DNA of 47,124 bases from assembly GCF_004353825.1 (NCBI RefSeq), contig NZ_SMNA01000003.1, positions 496,001 through 543,124 on the forward strand, given 5' to 3'. The notes below the pieces were generated by a model. That model did no database searches. It was given only the letters and a program-made list of their open reading frames with translations, and was not told the DNA's origin. Made by a program: the position numbers and the translations under genes. Shown here in pieces: positions 10,088 to 19,522 of the stretch (the stretch's first letter is position 1; the number at the start of each line of letters is the position of its first letter). Origin of the DNA: Occultella glacieicola. Its GTDB lineage: Bacteria > Actinomycetota > Actinomycetes > Actinomycetales > Beutenbergiaceae.

Positions 10088-10450
10088 TCCGCTCAGCCGA
10101 CGTGCTCGCCACGCCAGCGGGACGGCGTCGGCGTCCAGGGCCACGATCAGGTCGGCAGATTCCAGAACCGCGCGAACCGCTGCGCTGCGGAGCCCGTTCC
10201 GCTCGAACCCGGCCGCGTTAGTCCGACCCAGCAGGACGGCCACGACGTGACCCACCGCGTCCTTCCCCGACACCTTGCGCTGGGGCCGGAGCGGGGACGA
10301 CGACACCTCGAGGCGGCGAACCCCCTCGGTCGTCGCGCCGGATCCGGCCAGGACCACGGTGACCTCGATGTCGTCGGGCACATTCCGGACGAGTTCCCGT
10401 ACCGCGGCAGCACCGTTCGTGGTGCCCGCTAGGACGACGACCGACCTCAT
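10031..10450 (-). CDS. Hypothetical protein, 139 aa, Rossmann-like alpha/beta pattern
   Basis: ATGA-coupled to the upstream GT. Plausible beta-alpha pattern (VVVLAG.., ADLIVALDADAVPLAW). Overlaps the convergent GT by 57 nt. Confidence 0.6.
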   Translation of the reverse strand: MRSVVVLAGTTNGAAAVRELVRNVPDDIEVTVVLAGSGATTEGVRRLEVSSSPLRPQRKVSGKDAVGHVVAVLLGRTNAAGFERNGLRSAAVRAVLESADLIVALDADAVPLAWRARRLSGSAAILNGLQAAARAVGQR

Positions 10451-11808
10451 CCGCTCGTCCCCTGCCGTGCGGGGCTGATGTCACTGAGCGCCCGGAGCCG
10501 AGGAGCGAACTGACGGTCCCGACGGAACTGCTCGGCGAACTCCAGCGCCACGGCGGCGAGGCTCGGGTCGGCGCCCCGGGCCAGCTGCCAACCCCTGCCG
10601 AGCGCGACCGCGACCGCAGCCGCGTCCGTGGCGTCGGTCGGCACCCACAGCGGGTATCCACGCAGCACCGTGGCCGCGGCGTTCCGGGGATCGTGGACCG
10701 AGACGATCGGCAGTCCGGTGGCGAGGTATTCGAAGACCTTGCCGCTCGTCACATAGCGGCCCGCGCCCAGAGCCAGGACGAGTACGTCGACATCGGCGTA
10801 GTAGGCGCCCACGTCGTTCTTGGCGATCGGCCCGTCATAGGACACCCCGAACGAGCGCCCGCGCTCGATCGTCGCCAGCATCTGCGGGTCGGGGACCGCG
10901 AAGTAGCCGAGGTAGCCGGCCAGCGACAGGGTCGCCCCGGTCGGCAACGACCCGTTCCGTTTGGCCAGTTCCCAGCCGTCGATGAGCTCGGTCAGCGGCA
11001 CCATGCGGGTCATCGTGCCGACGTAGCCGAACCGCGGCCGCGGGGGTTCGTCGACACCTGCGATCTCCGCCGCCTCCGACCTGCCCGTTGCAGGCGACCG
11101 GTCCTCGCTCCGGAGGAGATCCGGATCCCAGCCGTTCGCGACCACGTGCATCCGGTCGGCGACCTCCCGATAGCGAGCGGCGTGCCAGTCCCGGATCGGC
11201 TCGTTCACGAACCAGACCTCGCGTGCGCCCGCGAGGAGCCGCTGCTCCCATCGTCCGATCCGACTCCATCGGCCGGTGAGCGTGCGGCCGGAGAAGACGT
11301 CGAGCGTCCAGGCGTCCCGGTAGTCCAGCACGTAAGGCACCCCGTCCTTGGCGAGAGCGTCGGCAGCGGTGAACGTGACGTAGGGATTGGCCGTCGACAC
11401 GACGAGGTCGACCGGGTCGGCGGCGTGGATGCTGCGCGCGGCCCGCTCCAAGGGCCCGCGCCATGGGCCGTATCCGCGCTCGGGAAACGACCGCCGGTCC
11501 AGCAGTCCACGCCAGCGATGCCATGCCTGCGGTAACTGGGCCCGCAGCCAGGAATAGGTGCGGATGTCGGCATCCTGCGCGGGCCATTCGAAGGGGACCC
11601 GCATCACCGTGATGTCCGGGTCGATCCGGGACTCCAGCGACGGGTCGGTGCCGGTGTACCGATCGAAGGTGTCCCGGTCGGCGGTCAGCACCGTCACCCG
11701 CCAGCCCGACCTCGCGAACGCGTTCGCCGTGGCCAGGGCCCGGTACACGCCTCCACCGCGACACGGCGGGTATCCCCACGCGACGTAGAGGAGGTGCGGT
11801 TGGGTCAC
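10447..11808 (-). CDS. Glycosyltransferase family 4
   Basis: HLLYVAWGYPP..GGVYR, LDYRDAWT, ANGWD and SGKVFEYLATGLPIV. GTG start at 11808. Confidence 0.88.
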   Translation of the reverse strand: MTQPHLLYVAWGYPPCRGGGVYRALATANAFARSGWRVTVLTADRDTFDRYTGTDPSLESRIDPDITVMRVPFEWPAQDADIRTYSWLRAQLPQAWHRWRGLLDRRSFPERGYGPWRGPLERAARSIHAADPVDLVVSTANPYVTFTAADALAKDGVPYVLDYRDAWTLDVFSGRTLTGRWSRIGRWEQRLLAGAREVWFVNEPIRDWHAARYREVADRMHVVANGWDPDLLRSEDRSPATGRSEAAEIAGVDEPPRPRFGYVGTMTRMVPLTELIDGWELAKRNGSLPTGATLSLAGYLGYFAVPDPQMLATIERGRSFGVSYDGPIAKNDVGAYYADVDVLVLALGAGRYVTSGKVFEYLATGLPIVSVHDPRNAAATVLRGYPLWVPTDATDAAAVAVALGRGWQLARGADPSLAAVALEFAEQFRRDRQFAPRLRALSDISPARQGTSG

Positions 11809-11860
11809 GTCGTGGTCTTTCCGTCGGCTGGCCCACGTGGGGTTCGGTCCGCGGCCCTCG

Positions 11861-11870
11861 TTACAATAGC
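11861..11870. promoter_or_regulatory. Candidate overlapping -10 elements of a divergent promoter
   Basis: ttacaatag reads TACAAT on + and TATTGT on -. It is the most conspicuous AT-rich patch between divergent starts at 11808 and 11927. Confidence 0.5.
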
Positions 11871-11926
11871 GTGACCGCGAGAACAGGAGCGTGCCGCGCC
11901 CTGAATCACCACGAAGGGAACTGGCC

Positions 11927-13189
11927 GTGACCGACTCCGGGCTGCGAGGACTGCGCCGGGTGTGGCGTCGGGTGCCGAAGCCCGTCCGCGATCGGCTCAA
12001 GCCGCTCCGCGATGCCCTCAGGGGTCCGGCTGCCCGGGTCGAGCCCGTTGTGGCGGAGCCCGTGGAGGAGCCCGGACCCCAACCACGTGCGATCACCCTC
12101 CCCGAGGGACTCCAACCACGTCCCGTGCCACCGGAGCGCGACATCACGGTCTTCATCGGCCCGGCCAACCATGCCGGTCAGGGCTTCCGGTGGGCGCGCG
12201 CGTTGGAGCAGGCCGACGGGAATCTGGCAGCGGTCTCGTTCGCCCCCACTCGCGAGAACGGCTTCGCCTTCGAGATCGACTACACGGTCCCGGTGGGGAT
12301 CTACTGGGACAACGAGATCTGGGCGCGGGATCAGCTCGAATACCTCACCGGATCCTTCAGCCACGTCCTCTTCGAGGCCGAGCAACCGCTGCTCGGCCTC
12401 CACCTGGGTGAGGACTTCAGCGCCGAGGCAGGGAGACTGCGTCAGAGCGGTGTCGAGGTCGCCACGATCTGTCACGGCAGCGATATCCGTCTGCCCAGCC
12501 GCCACATCCGCGACAACCCCTGGTCCCCGTTCCTGGTGCCGGGCTATCGCAAGACCAAGGAACTGGAAGTGCTGGCCCGCCTCAACGCCCGCCGGCTCGC
12601 CGATCTCGACGCCCCGGTCTTCGTGTCGACACCGGACCTGCTGGACGACGTGCCAACCGCGTCGTGGTGCCCGGTGGTCGTCGATCCCGAGCGGTGGCGC
12701 TCAGAGCCCCGCACGATCCCCACGCGCCCCGTCGTCGTCCACGCGCCGAGCCGCGCCGCCGTGAAAGGCACCGAACTCATCGAGCCGATCCTGGAGCAAC
12801 TCCATGCGGACGGGTTGATCGAATACCGGCGCATCACGAAGGTGCCCTCGGCGGCGATGCCCGGCGTGTACCGCTCCGCGGACATCGTCCTCGACCAGTT
12901 CCGGATCGGGAGCTACGGGGTCGCGGCCTGCGAGGCCATGGCCGCCGGCTGTGTGGTGGTCGGCAATGTCCGCGACTCGGTCCGTCGACACGTGCGGGAG
13001 AGCACCGGCACCGACCTCCCGATCGTGCAGGCCGACCCCGACGATCTGGCCCCGGTCCTGCGAGGCCTGCTCGGCTCCCGCGACGGGTGGCCAGTCCTGG
13101 GTGAGCGTGGCGAGGCGTTCGTCGAACGCGTGCACAACGGCGTCCGGTCCGCCGAGGTGCTGGAGACCTTCGTCGGAGCGAACCGATGA
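11927..13189 (+). CDS. Putative glycosyltransferase (GT-B C-terminal domain), paralog 1
   Basis: IGPANHAGQG, HGSDIRLPS, HAPS..KGT and YRSADIVLDQFRIGSYGVAACEAMAAG. Start is GTG 11927 (aagggaa RBS) or 11891. Confidence 0.75.
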   Translation: MTDSGLRGLRRVWRRVPKPVRDRLKPLRDALRGPAARVEPVVAEPVEEPGPQPRAITLPEGLQPRPVPPERDITVFIGPANHAGQGFRWARALEQADGNLAAVSFAPTRENGFAFEIDYTVPVGIYWDNEIWARDQLEYLTGSFSHVLFEAEQPLLGLHLGEDFSAEAGRLRQSGVEVATICHGSDIRLPSRHIRDNPWSPFLVPGYRKTKELEVLARLNARRLADLDAPVFVSTPDLLDDVPTASWCPVVVDPERWRSEPRTIPTRPVVVHAPSRAAVKGTELIEPILEQLHADGLIEYRRITKVPSAAMPGVYRSADIVLDQFRIGSYGVAACEAMAAGCVVVGNVRDSVRRHVRESTGTDLPIVQADPDDLAPVLRGLLGSRDGWPVLGERGEAFVERVHNGVRSAEVLETFVGANR

Positions 13190-14445
13190 ATCACGCCCGC
13201 CGGTTGCTGACGACGATGGCACGAACCGTCGCCGACTCCCGTCGACACCTTCCTGGACCGCTTCGACGCTTGCTCACATCGGTGAAGGATCGCCTGCCTC
13301 GCGCCACGGTCGAACGGGCCATGGGCCGCGAGGTTCACGTGGGTGGACCGGACGACGGCGACGAGGGTCGGCCCGCCGTCCCGGACACCGCCGTCCGGCT
13401 GTTCGTCGGCCCCGCGAACTTCGCGGGCCAGGGCTACCTGTGGGCCCGAGCCGTCGAACGGTCCGTCCCAGATGTCTCCGCTGTCTCATTCGCTCCACAC
13501 GTGCCAGGAGCGTTCGACTTCCCGGTGGACTACCTCGTGCCGCAGGCGACCTACCTCGACGACTTCGAGTTCCACGAGCGTCTGTTGGCCTACGTCCGCG
13601 GGCAGTTCACGCACGTCCTGTTCGAGGCTGCGCGCCCCCTGTTCGGGCGTTCTTACGGACTGAACTTCCTCACCGAGTCGAAGCTCCTGACGAGGGCGGG
13701 CCTCGCCGTCGCCGTGATCGCCCATGGAACCGATGTGCGACTCCCCAGCCGACACGCCGCCGCCTACGACTACTCACCCTTCCGAGGCGACCTCGTTCCG
13801 GAGACGCCGCTGTTGGAGGATCGGGCGGCACGCAACATCGCCAGGATCGATGCGTTCAGCGGACCGGCTTTCGTCTCCACACCGGATCTCCTGCTCGACC
13901 TTCCGGAGGCCACCTGGTGTCCCGTGGTCGTCGACGTGGATCGGTGGCACACCGACGTGCCGCCGATGCAGCGCAAGGTTCCGGTCGTGGTTCATGCGCC
14001 GAGCAAGAGCCACGTCAAGGGAACGGACCTCGTCGAGACCGCCCTCGCGGACCTCGTGGCGCGCGGCGCCATCGAGTACCGCAGGATCGAGGGTGTGCCC
14101 GCTGCGGAGATGACGCGGGTGTACACCGAGGCGGACATCGTGCTCGACCAGTTCCGCCTCGGCAGTTACGGTGTGGCCGCGTGTGAGGCGATGGCGGCCG
14201 GGCGCGTCGTCGTCGGGAACGTGTCCGATCTGGTCCGCGAGCACGCAACCTCCGTGGGGGCCGGCGAGTTGCCGATCATTCAGGCGGACGGCAGCGACCT
14301 CGCCAGTGTGATCGAGAGCATCATCGACGACCCGACGACCGCCCGGACGCGGGCCGCCGACGGGCTCGGCTATGTTCGCGCCGTGCACGACGGCAGCATT
14401 TCGGCCGGTATTCTTCGAAACTTCCTGGAGGAAGGGCAGCAGTGA
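13186..14445 (+). CDS. Putative glycosyltransferase (GT-B C-terminal domain), paralog 2
   Basis: VGPANFAGQG, HGTDVRLPS, HAPS..KGT and ADIVLDQFRLGSYGVAACEAMAAG. ATGA coupling. Confidence 0.75.
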   Translation: MNHARRLLTTMARTVADSRRHLPGPLRRLLTSVKDRLPRATVERAMGREVHVGGPDDGDEGRPAVPDTAVRLFVGPANFAGQGYLWARAVERSVPDVSAVSFAPHVPGAFDFPVDYLVPQATYLDDFEFHERLLAYVRGQFTHVLFEAARPLFGRSYGLNFLTESKLLTRAGLAVAVIAHGTDVRLPSRHAAAYDYSPFRGDLVPETPLLEDRAARNIARIDAFSGPAFVSTPDLLLDLPEATWCPVVVDVDRWHTDVPPMQRKVPVVVHAPSKSHVKGTDLVETALADLVARGAIEYRRIEGVPAAEMTRVYTEADIVLDQFRLGSYGVAACEAMAAGRVVVGNVSDLVREHATSVGAGELPIIQADGSDLASVIESIIDDPTTARTRAADGLGYVRAVHDGSISAGILRNFLEEGQQ

Positions 14446-16025
14446 CCTCGGATCGGCCGCCACACGTCGTCTACATGCCCGGCAATGACGTCCTCGTCGA
14501 TGCCCGCGTGTTGAAATACATCGCCAGTGCGGACTCGCTCGGACTGCGGGTCACGGGCGTCGGGGTTGTGCGCAAGGGGCACCACCGTAGTTTCGCTCTG
14601 GGCAACGGCCACATCCTCATCGAGCCGGTGCCCATCCCCCAGACCCCCGCAGCCGCCCCCACCGCCGAGCGCACCCCCCTCGGTCTCGCGGTCCGCGACC
14701 TGGTGCGCCCCGGTGCCGGCACACGTGACCGGCTCGAGGCCGGCCGCCGCGCCACCGCCAAGCGCAGGCGGGGGGCGGCCCGCGCCCTGCGCGAGCGCCA
14801 GCACGGCGCTCTCGCCTATCCGGTGGCGCTCGTCCGGCACGGGCAGATCGCTCTCGAGAGGCTGTACAACAAGGCGCTCGGAGTTCGGCTCCGGGGCAGG
14901 CCCACCGACGAGGCCATCGAGGAGATCACCGACCGCGATCTGGCCATCGCGCACTACCAGGCGCATCCCGAGTTGAGTCGCTGGCGCGAGACCCTGCCCA
15001 ACGCCCGCGTCGACGAGGAGTCGCTCGGTCGCCTCCTCGACGAACTTCGCCCCGACATCATCCACGTCCACGACGTCTTCATGCTCGGCGTCGCCGTGAA
15101 CGCCGCTGATCGGGCCGCCGCACGGGGGCGGACCGTCCGACTCGTCTACGACGCCCACGAGTACATCGCCGGTGTCGCCGTCATTCCCGCATTGACCATC
15201 GGTGCCTACTGCGACCTTGAGCGTGAGTTCGTCCCACGAATGGATCGCATCATCACGGTCTCGGAACCGCTGGCCGGCTGGCTCCAGCGCGACTACCACC
15301 TCGAGCGGACCCCTGACGTGGTGCTCAACGCACCAATGGTCGGTCGCCCGCCCGAAGACTTCAAGGATCTGCGCGACGTCGTCGGGCTCGGGGACGATGT
15401 TCCGCTCATGGTCTACGGCGGCGGCGTGAACCGTGCGCGGGGCGTCCAGACCGCTGTCGCTGCTCTCGCCGAACTGCCCGAGATGCATCTGGCGCTCGTG
15501 ACCAACCGGCCGAACGGGCCCGTGACGCGGGAACTGCTTGCGCAGGCCCGGTCGCTGGGCGTCCTGGATCGCTTTCACGTGGCCCCGTTCGTGCCGCCCG
15601 AGTTCGTGACACATTACTTCGGCCGGGTCACGATCGGACTGAGCACTCTGCTGCACGCGCCGAACCACGACGTCGCACTCACGAACAAGTTCTGTGAGTA
15701 CCTGCTCGCTGGGATCCCGATCATCACCAGCGACACGCCCGCGCAGGCGGAGATCGTCGAGGAACGAGGCCTCGGCGGGGTGTACATCGCCGGCGACGTC
15801 CAGGATCTCGTTCGAGCGGTACGGGAGCTGCTTCCGCGTGTCAATGAGGTCCGCGACCGGATCGCCGGCGACCAGGCCCTCCGGCACGAGTTCTCCTGGG
15901 CGGCCCAGGTCGAGACCATCCGCGACGTGTATGCGGACCTGCTTGGTTCGCTGCCCGAGCGAGCCTGGGCCGCCGATGCCACACACATCACCCAACTGGA
16001 GCCGAGGGAGATCACGAAACCGTGA
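14442..16025 (+). CDS. Glycosyltransferase family 4
   Basis: DARVLKY, IHVHD, YDAHEY, ITVSE, VLNAP and LTNKFCEYLLAGIP. Confidence 0.88.
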   Translation: MTSDRPPHVVYMPGNDVLVDARVLKYIASADSLGLRVTGVGVVRKGHHRSFALGNGHILIEPVPIPQTPAAAPTAERTPLGLAVRDLVRPGAGTRDRLEAGRRATAKRRRGAARALRERQHGALAYPVALVRHGQIALERLYNKALGVRLRGRPTDEAIEEITDRDLAIAHYQAHPELSRWRETLPNARVDEESLGRLLDELRPDIIHVHDVFMLGVAVNAADRAAARGRTVRLVYDAHEYIAGVAVIPALTIGAYCDLEREFVPRMDRIITVSEPLAGWLQRDYHLERTPDVVLNAPMVGRPPEDFKDLRDVVGLGDDVPLMVYGGGVNRARGVQTAVAALAELPEMHLALVTNRPNGPVTRELLAQARSLGVLDRFHVAPFVPPEFVTHYFGRVTIGLSTLLHAPNHDVALTNKFCEYLLAGIPIITSDTPAQAEIVEERGLGGVYIAGDVQDLVRAVRELLPRVNEVRDRIAGDQALRHEFSWAAQVETIRDVYADLLGSLPERAWAADATHITQLEPREITKP

Positions 16026-17440
16026 GCAGCGAACACGTCGTGATGGTCGTCGCCAGCGGCATCGCTTCGGACGCGCGAGTCCGCAAGACTGCGGTTGCGG
16101 TCGCCGACCTCGGCTACCGCGTCACCCTGCTCTACGGGGAACTCGACGCGACCGAACCTGTCGAGGGCACCCTCGGCCCGGCCCGGACCGTTGGCCTGCC
16201 GGTCGCGTACACGCGCCGCGACGAGCAAGTCGAACGGCGCCGAGCCCGGCGCGCGTGGCGGCCCTCGTGGCCCGCCTACCGTGACGGTGAGCGTGAGGAA
16301 CACGGTCGTCAGGCACTCAACACTCGTCGCGCCAGTAAGGGCGACACCCCCGAGATCCTCGCCCGACGCGGGATCCATTGGGCTCGCCGCACACTCCGCG
16401 CGGCACAGGACCCGGCGTTCCGGCTCGCGTGGGGCAAGTACGACGGCCTGCGCGCACGGTTCGTGGGCCGGACTTGGCGCAGCGAGCTACCCAACATCGT
16501 CGACCTCGAGCGGGTGTTCACCGACCGGATGGCTGCCGAGACCCCCGACATCCTGCACGTGCACGACATCCACCTGCTCAGCGCCGGCGTCCGGGTCAAA
16601 CAGCGCGCTGCCCGGACCGGCCGCGCGGTACGGCTGATCTACGACGCCCACGAGTACATCCCCGGCACCGTCGCGCGCACCGTGCTCGAGGAGAACGCAC
16701 TCAAGGCGATGGAGTCGGACCTGATCGGGGATGCCGACGCCGTCATCACGGTGAGCGAACCGATCGCCGAGGCGCTCCGTGACCGTTACGACCTGCGGCG
16801 GACCCCGAGCGTGGTGCTCAACAGTCCGTCCCTGACGGTCGAGTCGACGTGTGCGAAGGACGTGCGCACCGAGTCCGGGATCGAGCCGGGTACGCCGCTC
16901 GTCGTGTACTCGGGAGTCCTGAACGAGAAACGCGGCCTGCCGACCGTGGTCCAGGCACTCTCACTGTTGCCCGAGGTGCACTTCGCCGTCGTCTGTGTGC
17001 CGGACGCGAGCCACTGGCGGGCAGCCCTGCTGATGAAGGCCGCTCGCAAGGCGGGAGTGTCGGACCGGGTCCACCTCATCGATCCGGTGGCACCCGAGGA
17101 GATCCTTGCCTATCTCCGGACGGCCGACGTAGGGATCCACCCTCTGATCGCAGGCCTGCCGAACCATGAGATGGCCCTGCCGAACAAGTTGTTCGACTAT
17201 CTGTTCGCCGGCCTGCCGATCGTGGTCAGCGATCTCAAGCTGATGGGTGCGTTCGTGCGGGAGAATCGGATTGGCACGACCTTCACGGCGAGCGACCACC
17301 GCGATTGTGCCCGAGCGATCCGGGAGGCGCTCGAGAACGTCAAGGTCTACGGCGGTTCGGCGCGGTCGGAGGAGTTCACAGCCCGCTTCTCCTGGGAGCA
17401 CCAGATCGAGCAGCTCGACCAGACGTACGCCGCCCTGTAG
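16022..17440 (+). CDS. Glycosyltransferase family 4
   Basis: DARVRKTA, LHVHD, YDAHEY, ITVSE and NHEMALPNKLFDYLFAGLP. Confidence 0.9.
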   Translation: MSSEHVVMVVASGIASDARVRKTAVAVADLGYRVTLLYGELDATEPVEGTLGPARTVGLPVAYTRRDEQVERRRARRAWRPSWPAYRDGEREEHGRQALNTRRASKGDTPEILARRGIHWARRTLRAAQDPAFRLAWGKYDGLRARFVGRTWRSELPNIVDLERVFTDRMAAETPDILHVHDIHLLSAGVRVKQRAARTGRAVRLIYDAHEYIPGTVARTVLEENALKAMESDLIGDADAVITVSEPIAEALRDRYDLRRTPSVVLNSPSLTVESTCAKDVRTESGIEPGTPLVVYSGVLNEKRGLPTVVQALSLLPEVHFAVVCVPDASHWRAALLMKAARKAGVSDRVHLIDPVAPEEILAYLRTADVGIHPLIAGLPNHEMALPNKLFDYLFAGLPIVVSDLKLMGAFVRENRIGTTFTASDHRDCARAIREALENVKVYGGSARSEEFTARFSWEHQIEQLDQTYAAL

Positions 17441-17478
17441 TGGGAGGATCGGACCGTCGGTAGTGGGAGGATCGGACC
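17437..17478 (+). repeat. Perfect 19-bp direct repeat (period 23) spanning a stop codon and an RBS
   Basis: gtagtgggaggatcggacc occurs at 17437-17455 and 17460-17478. Confidence 0.9.
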
Positions 17479-19518
17479 ATGACACCGCCAGTACCCTCCC
17501 AACCCGACCGGTTCGGCCGACGCCGACCGTCGCGTTGGCTGGCTGCCGTGATGACCGCGCTGTTTCTCGTCGGCCTGGGTGCCGTCAACCAGCCGCCGGC
17601 CGAGGCCGCCGTCAGTATCACGGTCGACGGGCGGGGTTTCGGCCACGGCATCGGCATGTCGCAATACGGTGCCGCGGGACGCGCTACCGCGGGGCAGACG
17701 TACACGCAGATCCTCGCGGCCTACTACCCGGGCACGACCGTCGGATCGCTGGCTGACTCCCAGTCCATCCGCGTGTGGATCCAGGGAGACACCGACCGGC
17801 AGACCTGGGTCCGTGGCGAGTCGGGCCTGTCCGTGCGGGTGGGTACCGCGTCGGTCGCCCTGCCGACGACGATCGGCGGCACGGTGGCGCTCTGGCGGCT
17901 CCGGCTCGTGTCCGGCGCCCTGGTGATCGAGGCCAGCGTCAACGGCACCTGGCGTGCGCCCGGTGTGCCCGGTCTGAGCACGCTGCTCAACGGCGCGACG
18001 GCGGCTGAGTTCGTGGCCGGAGACGGCACCGTCCAACTCGTCACGTCCACCTACCGCGAGTACCGTGGCGTGGTCCGTGCGGTCCGCGTGCCCGGCTCCA
18101 CGACCGACCTGCGCACCGTGGTGGTCTCGACCTACGCCAACTACCTCCCCTCGGTGGTCACCTCCGAGATGCCGGCCAGCTGGCACATCCAGGCGTTGCG
18201 GGCGCAGGCAGTCGCCGCCCGCACGTACGCCCGCTTCGACCAGGCCAGCAAGGCCCCCTCGGCCTGGTACGACACTTGCGACACGACGTCCTGCCAGGTC
18301 TTCCAAGGACTGGCCGACTACACCGCGGCCGGGGCCCTGGTGCGTTCGTACACCCACGAACGCACGACCAGGGCGGTCGCCGAGACCTCCGGTGTGGTTC
18401 TGCTCTATGGAGGTTCGCCGGCATTCACCCAGTTCAGCGCCTCGAACGGCGGCTACTCGTTGCAGGGGTCACGGCCCTACCTGGCTGCCAACCCCGACCC
18501 GTTCGACGGCTACGCGCCCTGGCGGGTCACCTTGACCGGCGCGCAGATCACCGCCGCGTACCCGAGTATCGGAGTGTTCCGGGGCCTGACCTTCGCCCGC
18601 GATGGCCGTGGCGCCTACGGCGGTCGGGTCACGTCGGCGACCCTGACCGGCAGCCAGGGCTCCGTGACCATCACCGGCGCACAGTTCCGGTCGGCCTTCG
18701 GCCTGCGTTCCACGCTGCTGACGGCCTCCGTCAGCGGGGTGCCACTCAGCCTGCCGCAGCGGGACTGGAACGGCGACCAGCAGCCCGACCTGGTCGCCCG
18801 CGGCCCAAACGGCGCCCTCTACACCTACCTGAGCAGCGGCCCGGCGACGTGGCACTCGCGGGTCGCCATCGGACGTGGCTGGCAGAGTATGGGCGTCATG
18901 ACCCAAGTCTGGAACTTCTCGGGGACGAGGACCTCCGAGATCATCGCCATCCAACCATCCACGGCACAACTCTTCGTGTATCCCGGCGACGGTCGTGGCG
19001 GTTGGGGTACGCCACGTGTGATGGGGCGGGGCTGGCGGGGCTTCGACCAGTTCGTCGGTGTGCAGGACTGGTCCGGTCGGGGTACCGCCGGCCTGATCGT
19101 GCGCCAGCGGAGTACCGGTCACCTGCTGTACTACGCCGGCAACGGTTCCGGTGGCCTCACCGCCGGCGTCCGCATCGGCACCGGCTGGAACGGCATGGAC
19201 ATGATCCTGGCCGCGGGCGACTGGGACGGCGACGGCAACGTCGACCTCCTGGCCCGCCAGGCCCGAACCGGCGACCTCTACCTCTACCGGGGCAGCGGGC
19301 GCGGTGCGATCCTCTCAGGCTCCCGGATCGGCAACGGCTGGGCCAGCATGGATGCGCTGGTGGGTGCCGCGGACTGGGATCAGGACGGCACGGTGGACGT
19401 CCTGGCACGGGAGGCGGGCACCGGAGCCCTCTGGCTCTACCCCTCCGACGGCGCCGGGAACTTCCGGCCGCGCCAGCAGGTGGGGCACGGTTGGACGGGT
19501 TTCGACCTGGTGCGCTGA
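17479..19518 (+). CDS. Secreted SpoIID/LytB-domain peptidoglycan hydrolase with five C-terminal FG-GAP-like repeats
   Basis: Signal peptide ending PPAEA; GRGFGHGIGMSQYGA, YRG, VVTSEMPASW..ALRAQAVAARTYA, CDTTSCQVF, FSASNGG and FGLRS; DWNGD..DLVAR / IGxGW repeats. Confidence 0.9.
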   Translation: MTPPVPSQPDRFGRRRPSRWLAAVMTALFLVGLGAVNQPPAEAAVSITVDGRGFGHGIGMSQYGAAGRATAGQTYTQILAAYYPGTTVGSLADSQSIRVWIQGDTDRQTWVRGESGLSVRVGTASVALPTTIGGTVALWRLRLVSGALVIEASVNGTWRAPGVPGLSTLLNGATAAEFVAGDGTVQLVTSTYREYRGVVRAVRVPGSTTDLRTVVVSTYANYLPSVVTSEMPASWHIQALRAQAVAARTYARFDQASKAPSAWYDTCDTTSCQVFQGLADYTAAGALVRSYTHERTTRAVAETSGVVLLYGGSPAFTQFSASNGGYSLQGSRPYLAANPDPFDGYAPWRVTLTGAQITAAYPSIGVFRGLTFARDGRGAYGGRVTSATLTGSQGSVTITGAQFRSAFGLRSTLLTASVSGVPLSLPQRDWNGDQQPDLVARGPNGALYTYLSSGPATWHSRVAIGRGWQSMGVMTQVWNFSGTRTSEIIAIQPSTAQLFVYPGDGRGGWGTPRVMGRGWRGFDQFVGVQDWSGRGTAGLIVRQRSTGHLLYYAGNGSGGLTAGVRIGTGWNGMDMILAAGDWDGDGNVDLLARQARTGDLYLYRGSGRGAILSGSRIGNGWASMDALVGAADWDQDGTVDVLAREAGTGALWLYPSDGAGNFRPRQQVGHGWTGFDLVR

Positions 19519-19522
19519 GCCC

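Noticed and set aside
19304..19522. Apparent long overlap or frameshift between SpoIID and the next GT
   Set aside because: Alignment with the paralog places the start at about 19523, and both genes look intact.
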